Shown here piece by piece: positions 42,205 through 52,581 of a DNA stretch of 64,000 nucleotides. The stretch comes from a virus (taxonomy: Duplodnaviria > Heunggongvirae > Uroviricota > Caudoviricetes). The DNA lies in IMG/VR virus record IMGVR_UViG_3300038393_001148, one strand, 5' to 3'. The notes beneath the pieces were generated by a model. It did no database searches. It was not told the origin of the DNA and worked only from the letters and a program-made list of their open reading frames with translations. A program made the translations under genes and the position numbers. How positions within the stretch are numbered: position 1 is the stretch's first letter; each line of letters starts with the position of its first letter.

Positions 42205-45036
42205 GTGGACTTCTTTGATGAAATCCAAAAGGGACTGGCAAGTAAGCGGGTAGGGATAGAGGAATTCTGCGAGAGCACCGATTTCTGCGGCAAGCGCCTT
42301 TATCCCCGTCAGAAGCTCCTCCTTAAGTTGATGTTCTTGGAGGAGTTGACGGGCAAGGAGGAAGACATCCTCAACTACTGGATTAAGGGTGGCCGTAGCG
42401 GCAAAGAGATCCTGATCTCGCCGCTGATCCGGGAGCGCGTCCAAACCCTCCGCGACATGGGCTACTCCCATTTCCGCGAAATAGTGCTGGTCGGAGGGCG
42501 ACGATCATCCAAGGGCTTCGTCACCGGGATGGCCCTAGCCAAGAAGATGTATGACACGCTCCAGTTGCAGGACCCTGGAACGTATTACGGCATCGACCCG
42601 GACAAGGAAATCTATTTCACCTGCCTAGCGTCTTCGCAGGATCAGGCCAAGAAGTACCAGTACGCCGACTTTTCTTCCACGATTGCTCGTTGTCGCAATA
42701 TGGAAGACAGCATCACGAAGATCCAGGAGCTTGAGTTCTCGGTCGCCACCGAGGCCGACAAGCAGATGATGGGGCGTCACAAGCGCGCTGCCGGTCGCAT
42801 GGGCCGCGATATCTCGAAGCTTCGCGGACAGGCCCTCGCCGCCAACGCTTCCACCCTCCGTGGTTCGGCCACCATCGCCATCTGCTTTGACGAGATGGCG
42901 CACATGCAGCAGGAGGGCGAGTCTGCTCAGACCGCCTCATCGGTGTACGAGGCCGCGATGCCGTCGCTCGCGCAGTTCGGTAAGGACGCCATGGTCTTTT
43001 GTAACCCACCGGAGGCTCCAATGTGGATGGCGGATCTTTCATTTAAGCCGATTGGAGATGTGCAAGTCGGAGATCGCGTAATTGGATGGCATAAACCAGA
43101 GGGTAAGGTTCACCGCGAGCTTTGCGACTCGGAAGTTTTAAACGTAATACGCAGAGAGTCTGCGATGGTGAAAATCACCATGGAGTCCGGTCGAGTGTTT
43201 CGCTGTACTCCTGATCATAGATGGTTAACCTTATCTAGCGGAGGTAACAAGGAAACCCACGGGGGAGAGTGGTATGCGCCGCCAAAGGTCGGACGCAAGC
43301 TTGCTCATGTCGTAGATCCAACTCCTGAGCTAAGCCATGATCTGATTAGGGATGCCGCCTGGTTAGGCGGAATGTTTGACGGGGAAGGTTATGCTGCGCG
43401 AGCCAAACAACTTACTATTTGCCAGTCACGTTCCGTAAACCCCCTTGTATGTGGAAGAATTGAAAAAACGTTAGATCGACTAGGGTTTCAGTGGGTATAT
43501 CATCCTATCAATGGTAAGTTAGGAGAGGGTGGCGCGTATCATATTCTGGGGGGTAAACAGACATTAATTGATTTCGCAAATTGGACTCGACCTGCTCAGC
43601 TTCATAAACTCCAAGATAAGGCGCTTACGGGTCGCTGGCGTACAGAGGATAAAATTGCCTCTATCGAAGACGGTGGTTACGGAGAGGTAGTCGCGCTCAC
43701 CACGACAACTGGTAATTATATTTGCAATGGATACGCATCTAAGAACTGCAACTCCTCGCCGTACACCAAGATCGGCAAGTTCTACGAGCGCTACGAGGAC
43801 GGTCTACGAGTCAAAGACGGTAAGCCTCTCGCCCCCTTGATGTTTACCTTCCAGTTCCCATCGTGGGCGCTCTTTGAGGGCTGGCAGGACGATCCCGAGC
43901 GCCGCTTCCGCAAGGCGATTACCGTCTCCCCGGACTGGGACCCGGAGGAGAAGGTCCCCGAGACGGATAAGTACTACCACTCGCCCGAGGACCGCGATGC
44001 CATCATCATCGCCCGCGACGAGGAGCGCCAGGATCCCGACACCTACAAGGTCGAGCGCCGGGCAGAGTTTGCCGAGATCGTGGACGCCTTCCTACGCCCC
44101 GAGATGGTAGACCGCGCCTATCTGGGACGCCCGACGCGAGACGGCGGCTTCATCGGCCTGAAGAACAACTTTAACAACTCGTCGTTCATGTACAAGTACA
44201 AGGCCCATCTAGACCCGTCGTCCACCACGGCGGGGTTCGGCTTTGCCATGGGTCATGTCGAACAACTTGAAGAGGACGATGGTCGTCTGCGTGACCATGT
44301 GGTCATCGACATCGTTCAGCGCTGGACTCCGGATCGATTCCCCGAGGGCGTTGTTGACTGGCAGGTCGTGCTCAAGGATATTGTCAGGTACATTAACTTG
44401 TTCGAGCCGTACGAGATCACCTTCGACCAGTTCCAGTCGCAGGCTCCGATTCAGTGGCTCAACAAATGGCTGCGCGAGAACAACATGAGCAATATCATGG
44501 TGTATGAGAAGACAGCCACCGCCCAGTACAACTGGAACCGCGCTGAGGTGTTTCGTACCGCGTTGTATCAGGGCCTAGTCCATATCCCTAATGACACCAG
44601 GGATGCGGAATATTCGGCTCAGGAACTCAAGCACCTCCAGCAGGTCAATACAGCCGGGCGCTTCCCTCGCGTGGACAAGCAGGAGATCGGCCCCGTCCAG
44701 ACCAAGGACATGGCCGACTGCATCATGGAGGTCACCGAGGCGCTGATTGGTAATGTCATTGCCAACGAGACACGTACTAACCTAGGTGAGCTATCACCCC
44801 AGGTTGGTGCTCAGGGCGGATATCAAATTGGTGGACGCAATGAGCAGATGGACAACTTCTATCACTCACGTAAGGGCACGAATACCTTCAGGGAACAGAA
44901 GTCTAGCGCAGCCGAAGCTACCAACCAATTTGACAAGGTTCGTAATAATCTTGATCGTCTAACAGCCTCTCGATCCGGGTCTTGGAATGCCCGTGGCCGA
45001 CGTGGTGGCGGTGGAGGAAGAGGACGAGGTTACTAA
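42205..45036 (+). CDS. terL: Terminase large subunit with an intein
   Basis: VLVGGRRSSKG, CFDEMAH, NSSP, HLDPS, TFDQFQS and KDMADC motifs. Confidence 0.85.
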   Translation: MDFFDEIQKGLASKRVGIEEFCESTDFCGKRLYPRQKLLLKLMFLEELTGKEEDILNYWIKGGRSGKEILISPLIRERVQTLRDMGYSHFREIVLVGGRRSSKGFVTGMALAKKMYDTLQLQDPGTYYGIDPDKEIYFTCLASSQDQAKKYQYADFSSTIARCRNMEDSITKIQELEFSVATEADKQMMGRHKRAAGRMGRDISKLRGQALAANASTLRGSATIAICFDEMAHMQQEGESAQTASSVYEAAMPSLAQFGKDAMVFCNPPEAPMWMADLSFKPIGDVQVGDRVIGWHKPEGKVHRELCDSEVLNVIRRESAMVKITMESGRVFRCTPDHRWLTLSSGGNKETHGGEWYAPPKVGRKLAHVVDPTPELSHDLIRDAAWLGGMFDGEGYAARAKQLTICQSRSVNPLVCGRIEKTLDRLGFQWVYHPINGKLGEGGAYHILGGKQTLIDFANWTRPAQLHKLQDKALTGRWRTEDKIASIEDGGYGEVVALTTTTGNYICNGYASKNCNSSPYTKIGKFYERYEDGLRVKDGKPLAPLMFTFQFPSWALFEGWQDDPERRFRKAITVSPDWDPEEKVPETDKYYHSPEDRDAIIIARDEERQDPDTYKVERRAEFAEIVDAFLRPEMVDRAYLGRPTRDGGFIGLKNNFNNSSFMYKYKAHLDPSSTTAGFGFAMGHVEQLEEDDGRLRDHVVIDIVQRWTPDRFPEGVVDWQVVLKDIVRYINLFEPYEITFDQFQSQAPIQWLNKWLRENNMSNIMVYEKTATAQYNWNRAEVFRTALYQGLVHIPNDTRDAEYSAQELKHLQQVNTAGRFPRVDKQEIGPVQTKDMADCIMEVTEALIGNVIANETRTNLGELSPQVGAQGGYQIGGRNEQMDNFYHSRKGTNTFREQKSSAAEATNQFDKVRNNLDRLTASRSGSWNARGRRGGGGGRGRGY
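43000..43746 (+). mobile_element. Intein with a LAGLIDADG homing endonuclease (249 aa)
   Basis: Starts C(NPPEAP), block A/B-like IGDVQVGD and CTPDHRW, WLGGMFDGEG, ends TGNYICNGYASKN before +1 Cys; AT-richer codons than the exteins. Confidence 0.85.
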
Positions 45037-45081
45037 TTCACTTGAAAAGTTCCTCGTGCAACATTGTAATGAACGAAACCC

Positions 45082-46134
45082 ATGCCTGCTACACCTACTT
45101 ACGTATTCGATGATGATGGTAAGGCCTACGCCTACCTCGCTGGCAAGATAGTCGCGTCCGCAGATGACATTGACGAGCTTGAAGAAAAACTAGCTGGCGG
45201 TCATGCCTCTGATTGCGGTTGCGGATTTTGCCTAAACAAGGGCAACATCGGCCAGTCTAAGGACTCTGAGGAGGAGTCAGAGACTCCGGACGACGAGGAA
45301 GAGGTAAAGGAGGCGAAGGTCACCCTTGCCAATGCCACGCACATTCAAACTCCGAATGGGCTCAAGGGCACCATCTTGGGCAAGCAGCGCGGCCTCTGGG
45401 GTGATCAGGTCACCATCCGCTTGGAGAATGGGCGCATCGCAAAGTTCGATGTCGCCCCGGATTCCAAGGTGAGCTACCTCAAGGAGGAGACTCCGCAGAA
45501 GGTCTCCGCGATTCCGACATTGCAGGAGCGTCTAGCTAAGACTCCTGACGGAACTCGCCGGTCTCTACTGGACCGCCTCGAAGAACTTAAGTCCATCAAG
45601 AAGGATGCGGCACAGCTAGTCACCTCTGCGCCATACACCGATGGCGAGACCTTGGACAATATGATCGTCCAGGCCGACTACGAGATGCGCGAGATCGGGG
45701 AGGCGCTTGACGCCCTTGAGGGCGCGCAGGCGTTCGAAGCCCCCGCGCCATTTTCTACCGGGGTAGCGGAGCAGGCCTCTCTCGGCGGGAACGACACAAG
45801 CTGGCTGGAGCGCACCGTCGAGGACATGGTTTCGGAGAATGAAGCACAGGACTTCGACCAACTGATGGATGAAGGTCCCGACGAGTTTGTCTCCGAGCTA
45901 GAGACCCCGGTTCTTCAAGATGATGATCTTGTAACCGAGTACGCCAGCGAGTACGTCTCATCCAAGACCGCTGGCCTAGATGCTGAGGTCGTGCATAACT
46001 TCCGTCAGGCCTTTGTCGCCCGCGCGCTGACCGCGCGAGATCGTGAGCTAGAGGCACGCGAGGTTGAAGAGGGCCAGCAGAAGGAAGCGTCAACCGACAC
46101 CTATGATGGCCCAGACGAGGCGATCTTCTTTTAA
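45082..46134 (+). CDS. Acidic hypothetical protein (head-associated?)
   Basis: 350 aa between terminase and portal. Confidence 0.6.
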   Translation: MPATPTYVFDDDGKAYAYLAGKIVASADDIDELEEKLAGGHASDCGCGFCLNKGNIGQSKDSEEESETPDDEEEVKEAKVTLANATHIQTPNGLKGTILGKQRGLWGDQVTIRLENGRIAKFDVAPDSKVSYLKEETPQKVSAIPTLQERLAKTPDGTRRSLLDRLEELKSIKKDAAQLVTSAPYTDGETLDNMIVQADYEMREIGEALDALEGAQAFEAPAPFSTGVAEQASLGGNDTSWLERTVEDMVSENEAQDFDQLMDEGPDEFVSELETPVLQDDDLVTEYASEYVSSKTAGLDAEVVHNFRQAFVARALTARDRELEAREVEEGQQKEASTDTYDGPDEAIFF

Positions 46135-46136
46135 TT

Positions 46137-47795
46137 ATGTCCTTTGGAATTTTTGAACATCTAGCGGCAAATGATGACTCAAAGCGACTAGCCTCTCGTA
46201 AGGCGCTCGCCGTGGCTCGTGCTAGGGCCAACAAGCGCTTCGCGCGTTTCCTTGATGCGTCTCAGAACGCGCAGGAGCGCGAGGTGCGTCTAGCGCTGGT
46301 AGCGGGGGATCTCACGGAGACGGTGCGCCAGGCATGCGCCGACTGCGAACACGAGGACTGGGAGCCGGTCCTAGAGGCCGTCCAGAGCCATCTCGGCATG
46401 ATCGTGGAGGCTCGCCGCCCGAAGATGTGCCCCTTCCATCGTGAGGTCACAGACATCTCTCTTCAGGCTGGCGATCCACAGGCGGGCTTCACCGCCATGG
46501 GCCAGCACGCCTTCGGCGAGAAGTCTTGCCGTGGGGCCTATGAAGGAAATTGTAACTTCAAGCCCGAGATGACCACCCAGTCGTACTGGGATAAGAAGAC
46601 TGAGGAGGCCGATTCGCGCCGCCAGCAGCGCGAAGTCCAGCCCGAGGTTGCCAGCCCGGTTGACGATCTTACTGATATTACTGAGCTAAGAATCGAAGAT
46701 CTAGACGACTCGGGCATCGATTTCGCTAACGAGCCATCGGCGGTTGGCGACTTCTCCGAAGTTCCAGCGGGGGAGCCCGAGATGGCAATGGCGGCACACG
46801 TTGCGGCGGTTGTGCCGAGCCCTTTAGTTCATGGCGGATCGTTAGCGCCACTTTCGATGATCGCCCAGAAGAAGCCGGGGCTGATGATCAACGGGATGCC
46901 CTTTGAGCAATTCCAGCAGCAGGCTGCGTCTTCGGGGATGGCTCCAGACGCCTACGAAGCCTTAGAGGTATCTCACCCTCATCCTACCTGGGAAGGTATT
47001 GCTTCAGACATCCTTCGTGTAGGACATGACGGCCCTTTGCGTGATCACATGAAGCGCATGAAGGAACGTCGCGACCAACAGCAGCAGGCCGAGATGGCTC
47101 CCCCTCCGGTGCAGCAGCCTCCGATGGGTGGCGGCCCGGCGCTGGCTTCGCATACGGCTGAAGCATTAGAGACCGTAGATGTAACCCAGGGATCTGACAC
47201 CGCGCTTCCTAAGATGGATAAGCGAAAGTGGACTCCTCAGAACGTCAAGTTGGTTGATACGGAGATGAGCGGATCTCCGCATCCGACCGAGCATCAAGAT
47301 ATCGCACAACCGGCTTCGTACACGGATGAGTCATGGAACCCTCGCGATGAGAGCGCCGTCCTCAAGCACCAGGACATTGATAAGTCCATTGCTCCGTTCA
47401 ACGGCCAGGGCGGTTCCTTCGGGAAGGGTAATCAGGCAAAGCCTGTAACATCTCGTCAGGCTGATATCACCTCTCCCCAAGATGATCGTCGTCTAAGACA
47501 GCAGATTCGTCAGGATTACGACATCCATCATGATGAGCTTAATCAGCCAGCAAACGTCCCATGTCCGGTTTGTGGTGACCCTGGGGACAAGAGCGCAGGC
47601 GTATGCCAGGCTTGCGGTGCTCCCTTCGATGCAAGCGAGGGCATGAATAAAGCAACGCCTACGATGGATGACACGTATGACATGGCGGCTGGGCTGGATC
47701 CGGTAAATCGCTACGCAGCACAAGACGCTGAGAAGAATCCAATTCGTGAAGCGCTAGAGGCAGATGAGGAGGGTGAAGATGCCTTGTCCGTGTAA
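46137..47795 (+). CDS. Modular hypothetical protein with a C-terminal Zn ribbon
   Basis: 552 aa; CPVC..CQAC; low-complexity linkers. Confidence 0.65.
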   Translation: MSFGIFEHLAANDDSKRLASRKALAVARARANKRFARFLDASQNAQEREVRLALVAGDLTETVRQACADCEHEDWEPVLEAVQSHLGMIVEARRPKMCPFHREVTDISLQAGDPQAGFTAMGQHAFGEKSCRGAYEGNCNFKPEMTTQSYWDKKTEEADSRRQQREVQPEVASPVDDLTDITELRIEDLDDSGIDFANEPSAVGDFSEVPAGEPEMAMAAHVAAVVPSPLVHGGSLAPLSMIAQKKPGLMINGMPFEQFQQQAASSGMAPDAYEALEVSHPHPTWEGIASDILRVGHDGPLRDHMKRMKERRDQQQQAEMAPPPVQQPPMGGGPALASHTAEALETVDVTQGSDTALPKMDKRKWTPQNVKLVDTEMSGSPHPTEHQDIAQPASYTDESWNPRDESAVLKHQDIDKSIAPFNGQGGSFGKGNQAKPVTSRQADITSPQDDRRLRQQIRQDYDIHHDELNQPANVPCPVCGDPGDKSAGVCQACGAPFDASEGMNKATPTMDDTYDMAAGLDPVNRYAAQDAEKNPIREALEADEEGEDALSV

Positions 47796-47847
47796 CGGCG
47801 ATTGTGTTTGTGGCAAGTAAACTTGCCTCTGCTGTATATTAAGTCTT

Positions 47848-50172
47848 GTGGATACAAGTAAGCTCGATCAGCAAGTAGCAAATCTTGCGAAACGCGGTGT
47901 AGTTCTGCCTAAGCACCCATTGCGGGCCAGGCAGGACGCGCAGGCGATGCACCAGATGGCTCGTAATCCAGGGGATCTACGGGCCACCATCGCCTCCACC
48001 ATTAAGCCGGGAGATCCTAATGCCGCGACCCTGCGGCAGATGGATGGTAACAACGCTCTAGCTCGCCGCATGCGGACCAGCCGGATGAATAAGACGGGGG
48101 CCTCCGATACGTGGGCCGCGATGCCGCGCTTCTACGATCCCATGGAGTACTGGGATCTCTCGGGCCTGCCGTGGAATATGGCCGACGAAGGCCATCGCCA
48201 CAAGCTTCATAAGTGGCTGCGTCTGTTCTATTCAACGCACTACTTGATACCTATCCTGATTGACATCTTCACCCGCTTCCCGCTGGTGGGTATGGAGATG
48301 TACTGCAAGGATCAGGCGCTCGCCAACTTCTACGAAGAGTTGTTCATGAACAAGCTCGACTACCCCAACTTCCTCGTGTCGTTGGGGCGAGAGTTCTGGA
48401 CGGTCGGCGAGGCCTTCCCGCTGGGTTCGTTCGATGAGGATCTTGGAGTCTGGGAGCGCGAGGAGCTAATCAACCCCGAAGACGTGGTGATTAAGAACTT
48501 CCCGATGTTGGGGTCCAAGCAGATGTTGATCACCCCTCCGGACTACCTCAAGAAGTTGGTCCAGGAGAAGTCGCCCGCACGCGAGTATCGCCAGCTAGAG
48601 CTAAATTTCCCAGAGTTAATCCCGTATCTGCGCCGTAATGAGCACATCCCGGTTTCGGGCGTCTTGCTCAAGCAGGTCGCCAATAAGCTCACGGACTGGG
48701 ACGATCACGGCACGCCGATCCTCTTGCGAGGCCTGAGGACGCTCATGCACGAGGAGAAGCTGATGGCCTCTCAGGATGCTATTGCCGAGCGCCTGTACTC
48801 GCCGTTTATTTTGGCGAAGCTTGGAATTCAGGATCTTGGAGATGGTCAGCCACCATGGGTGCCGGATGAAGATCAGCTAGAGATGGTCCGAGATGACATT
48901 GACATTGCGTTGTCCTCGGACTTCCGTCTCATGGTCCATCACTTCGGCTTGGACATTGAGAACGTCTTCGGCCGCGAGCAGATGCCTCGACTGGGAGACG
49001 ACTTCGACCGCATCGAGCGTCGGCTCATGCAGATCTTCGGCGTCAACCCGAGCCTCCTATCGGCCGGTGCCGCCACCCAACCGTACGCCTCCAGCGCACT
49101 CCAGGCCGAGTTCCTCAACCAGATCCTCCGTACCTTCCAGGATTATCTCAAGGCACACTTCGAGTCGCGCGCCCTTGTCGTAGCAGAAGCCCAAGAGCAT
49201 TATGACTATGAAATGCGTGGATCCACCAAGGTTCCGCTTTACGAGGAAGTTGTAGAGTATGACAAGGACGGTAACAAGACGATCCAGACTCGTCCGAAGC
49301 TACTTATACCAGAACTACAGTTTCAGACGTTGGATCTACGTGATGAGGCTACTGAACGCCAATTTATGCAGAGCCTTCGTGCTATGGGCGTTCCTTTGTC
49401 TGACAAGCGACTCATGGTCGGTGTTTCGTTTGATGTCGCGGATGAGATCGATGACTACAACGAGGAGCTAGTCAAGAAGACGGTCAAGCAGCAGGAAGCC
49501 AAGATGAAGACCTACACCATCTTGCGCGAGCGCAACCTGCCGATTCCTCCAGACCTCAAGGCCGAGGTCGAGTCCGTCCTCCAGGCTCCGGGTTCGCCAT
49601 CGGCGCTGCCTCCAGCAGCCACAGGCGGCGGCGGACCAGCGGGCCCAGGCGGGGGAGCCGGTCCCTCAGGTGGCCCCGGAGAGGCGATTGTTATGCCGTC
49701 GCCTCCGCAGGGCCTCATGGGGCCGGGCGGCATCGGCAATGACATGTCCATGGGCGGTGCTCCCGCCGCCACTCCGCAGGGCGCTATGGGACCAGGAGGA
49801 GGCTCTACCGCGCCTCCGGTCTCTATGGAGCGTCGAAAGGGGATGCCACAGATGGCGAGCGTCGAAGCGCAAGGGAAGGACGCCTCGCATACAGAACCGG
49901 AAGCACAGGACGATAAAGTTTCAGAGCGTGAAGTGGTGCTGCTGCCTCGCAGCGCCAAGACCAAGGAAAACCGTAAGAAATACTCCATTGTTGATGATGA
50001 GGAAATAAATGACGAAGCCGATGCTGACAGTGGCAGAGGTAGCGGAGATGACGGGCCTGACGAAGAAGGCAATCCGTCGTCGCTGCGAGAAGGGCCAGAT
50101 CAAGTGCCAGGTGGAGGGTCCGGGTCTTCCTCGGATGATTCCGAGGGAAGAGGCAAACCGCCTACTAGCTGA
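47848..50172 (+). CDS. Probable portal protein
   Basis: Follows terminase; helical ~550-aa core plus a Gly/Pro-rich tail; assignment by context and overall pattern. Confidence 0.6.
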   Translation: MDTSKLDQQVANLAKRGVVLPKHPLRARQDAQAMHQMARNPGDLRATIASTIKPGDPNAATLRQMDGNNALARRMRTSRMNKTGASDTWAAMPRFYDPMEYWDLSGLPWNMADEGHRHKLHKWLRLFYSTHYLIPILIDIFTRFPLVGMEMYCKDQALANFYEELFMNKLDYPNFLVSLGREFWTVGEAFPLGSFDEDLGVWEREELINPEDVVIKNFPMLGSKQMLITPPDYLKKLVQEKSPAREYRQLELNFPELIPYLRRNEHIPVSGVLLKQVANKLTDWDDHGTPILLRGLRTLMHEEKLMASQDAIAERLYSPFILAKLGIQDLGDGQPPWVPDEDQLEMVRDDIDIALSSDFRLMVHHFGLDIENVFGREQMPRLGDDFDRIERRLMQIFGVNPSLLSAGAATQPYASSALQAEFLNQILRTFQDYLKAHFESRALVVAEAQEHYDYEMRGSTKVPLYEEVVEYDKDGNKTIQTRPKLLIPELQFQTLDLRDEATERQFMQSLRAMGVPLSDKRLMVGVSFDVADEIDDYNEELVKKTVKQQEAKMKTYTILRERNLPIPPDLKAEVESVLQAPGSPSALPPAATGGGGPAGPGGGAGPSGGPGEAIVMPSPPQGLMGPGGIGNDMSMGGAPAATPQGAMGPGGGSTAPPVSMERRKGMPQMASVEAQGKDASHTEPEAQDDKVSEREVVLLPRSAKTKENRKKYSIVDDEEINDEADADSGRGSGDDGPDEEGNPSSLREGPDQVPGGGSGSSSDDSEGRGKPPTS

Positions 50173-51274
50173 CCTTCAGGGGCGAGGCATAACCGCTCCC
50201 GTTCATTCTGGTGTAAAAATTGACGAGGACAAGGCCGAGGTTACCTCTGGGGTAACCTCAGTGCTTTCTGACCCTGACACGCTCCTGCGCGAACGAGGCT
50301 TGGATCCTGCGGACTGGGAGGTCACCCATCTAAAGGTCAACGAGTGGGACGGACCGAATGGTGAACCGCTCAAGCAGCTAACGGTCAACGTCCGGAAGTT
50401 GGCCCATAGCTTCTTCCTCCAACCAGCCTTCGTTCCAGATGATTATGTTGCTCCTCCGAAGTCCGAGCCAACTGATCAGGAGTCGGAGTTGGTGGTATTG
50501 GTTGGAGATCAACAGGCTCCTTACCACGACCATGACCTACACAGGGTCTTTTGTGATTGGCTAGCTGAGAATACTCCGAATCGCGGAGTACTCATGGGAG
50601 ATACGGTAGATTTCCCCGATATCTCTCGCCATCCCAAGAATCCTGATCATGACCGGACAGTCCAAGAGTGTCTGAATTCTGGCTATCTCCTATTGCGGGA
50701 TTATGTCCAGAGATCCGAGAACACACGTTGGACCAAAATCATGGGCAACCATGACGAGCGAATCCGAACGCATTTGTTGCAATATGCTCCAGGATTGCAT
50801 AATATACGCCGGGCGGACGACGGAGCGCCAGAAGCTCCCGCGCTCAGCCTCCAGCACTTGCTTCGGCTGGACGCTCTGGACATCGAATTCATCGACCCGG
50901 AAGGCCCCTACACCAATGCGCAGACCAAGATATCGGACAAGCTCGCCGCTCGCCACGGTTGGCTTACCCGCAAGGGTTCGGGAGCATCGGCCCTAGGAAC
51001 CCTGGAGCACCTTGGCTATTCCGTTGTCGTAGGCCATACTCACAGACAGTCATTGGTTCATAAGACAACGCATGATATTGATGGCACGACAGCCACCTTG
51101 GCTGCGGCCGAAACAGGCTGTATGTGTCGTAACGATGGCTTGGGCTACGCCGTAGCCCCAGATTGGCAACAGGGTTTTGCTACCGCGACCGTTTACCCAG
51201 ACGGAACCTTTAAGCTAGACCTAGCAACGTTTGTAAATGGAATCCTCTATTGGAGAGATCAGCGCTATGAGTGA
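50009..51274 (+). CDS. HTH domain fused to a calcineurin-like metallophosphoesterase
   Basis: N-terminal LTVAEVAEMTG HTH; GDQQ, GDTVD, GNHD, RHG and GHTHR motifs. Confidence 0.85.
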   Translation: MTKPMLTVAEVAEMTGLTKKAIRRRCEKGQIKCQVEGPGLPRMIPREEANRLLADLQGRGITAPVHSGVKIDEDKAEVTSGVTSVLSDPDTLLRERGLDPADWEVTHLKVNEWDGPNGEPLKQLTVNVRKLAHSFFLQPAFVPDDYVAPPKSEPTDQESELVVLVGDQQAPYHDHDLHRVFCDWLAENTPNRGVLMGDTVDFPDISRHPKNPDHDRTVQECLNSGYLLLRDYVQRSENTRWTKIMGNHDERIRTHLLQYAPGLHNIRRADDGAPEAPALSLQHLLRLDALDIEFIDPEGPYTNAQTKISDKLAARHGWLTRKGSGASALGTLEHLGYSVVVGHTHRQSLVHKTTHDIDGTTATLAAAETGCMCRNDGLGYAVAPDWQQGFATATVYPDGTFKLDLATFVNGILYWRDQRYE

Positions 51275-51683
51275 TAAAGAAGAACTTCTCATAGAGAAGT
51301 TTAAGGCGGCTAATGAGAATGAGAAGAATGTGTGGTCTAATACAGTAACCAGTAGTCATAGTTATTCGGTACCGATGACTGGGGCATCTCCTTACACAGT
51401 GCCCCCCTCGACTTACACCCCGACTTACACGACGCCGCCAACTTACACGACCTTTCCCAACCCCGCTACCAACCCGACCACCTCCATCATTCAGTGTGGG
51501 GAAGAGCTGGGGACGCTTCTCTACATTCTTGATGTAGAGCCCACCGAGCCACCCCTCCTTCCGGGCGGCATTTACTTCACCTACGAGGGCAAGTACTATG
51601 GGTTGGTTCCTCTATTGAAGCAGCATGTTATACTAATGGCAAAGGCCGCAGTGATGGCTAACGAATTACTGGAGAGCAAGTGA
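51267..51683 (+). CDS. Hypothetical protein with a Thr/Pro/Tyr-rich segment
   Basis: ORF from MSDKEELL. Confidence 0.55.
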   Translation: MSDKEELLIEKFKAANENEKNVWSNTVTSSHSYSVPMTGASPYTVPPSTYTPTYTTPPTYTTFPNPATNPTTSIIQCGEELGTLLYILDVEPTEPPLLPGGIYFTYEGKYYGLVPLLKQHVILMAKAAVMANELLESK

Positions 51684-51820
51684 AGACCAACGCAGTGTCA
51701 GTAACAGTCTACGATCTCACAGGGTCGCCAATAAATCCGAAGGCGATCAAGGAGCTAGAGAAGTTCGTGGAGAAACTCGTCAAGCAGGAAGGTTTGGTTT
51801 ACAGTGTCGCAACAGCCTGA
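51680..51820 (+). CDS. Small hypothetical protein (46 aa)
   Basis: GTG overlaps the upstream TGA; MKTNAVSVTVYDLTG... Confidence 0.45.
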   Translation: MKTNAVSVTVYDLTGSPINPKAIKELEKFVEKLVKQEGLVYSVATA

Positions 51821-52076
51821 AGATAAGCCAGTACTAATCGAGTGTGGAGCTTCGGTTTCCACAGGAGGAAAGGTTCAACTCAAGAAGTACGAACTATCCT
51901 CGGACTACCATTTTCATCTTTCGGGAAAATGGGCTATGCCTCCCGGTATGACCGAAGAGGACGCCGAGACCTTCCGCTACGAGCAAGTCCTACGTCTTCG
52001 CCGAGAGCTTGAGCCGCTTGCTCAGGCAGAGGTGGACGATCTTATGGAGCAGAAGTCAAACCTCGAAGGGTATTAA
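51804..52076 (+). CDS. Hypothetical protein
   Basis: 90 aa ORF. Confidence 0.6.
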   Translation: MSQQPEDKPVLIECGASVSTGGKVQLKKYELSSDYHFHLSGKWAMPPGMTEEDAETFRYEQVLRLRRELEPLAQAEVDDLMEQKSNLEGY

Positions 52077-52343
52077 ATGACTACGCAAGAGCAGATTGCT
52101 GCCGTCTGTGACGACATCAAGGATTTGCTTTTGGCGAAAAACAAACAGTATGGAGATTCCGCCCTCAATCCGGTGCGGATCTTCTCCAAGGCCGACGTGG
52201 ACGAGCAGATCAAGGTTCGGATAGACGACAAGCTCTCTCGCCTCGTGCGCGGCAATGCCGACCTAGAACCCGATGATGAAATCATTCTAGACCTCATCGG
52301 ATACCTGACCATTTTGTTAGTGAATCGGAGAAATAATGCCTGA
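52077..52343 (+). CDS. DUF1599 / nucleotide-modification-associated domain 1 protein
   Basis: KNKQYGDS...RIDDKLSRL...DLIGY. Confidence 0.8.
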   Translation: MTTQEQIAAVCDDIKDLLLAKNKQYGDSALNPVRIFSKADVDEQIKVRIDDKLSRLVRGNADLEPDDEIILDLIGYLTILLVNRRNNA

Positions 52344-52581
52344 TCCCGTTGATGAGGTACTTAAGCCTATCGAAGTATACGAAGAGGATTTGGAGACGGT
52401 CCTTAACGTACTAAATAGTGTTTATCATTTCTGTCTCTCCAATGACCTGTTCAACCAGTATAAGAACCTCTCCAACACGGTTCAGCTTTCCCCGCTGACC
52501 AAGGAAGTTCGTAAGGCGAGTAACCGTGTTAAGGGCCTACTGGACGACTATCGAAATTCGCTGGAGGAGATTGATGAGTGA
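52336..52581 (+). CDS. Hypothetical protein
   Basis: 81 aa ORF. Confidence 0.55.
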   Translation: MPDPVDEVLKPIEVYEEDLETVLNVLNSVYHFCLSNDLFNQYKNLSNTVQLSPLTKEVRKASNRVKGLLDDYRNSLEEIDE

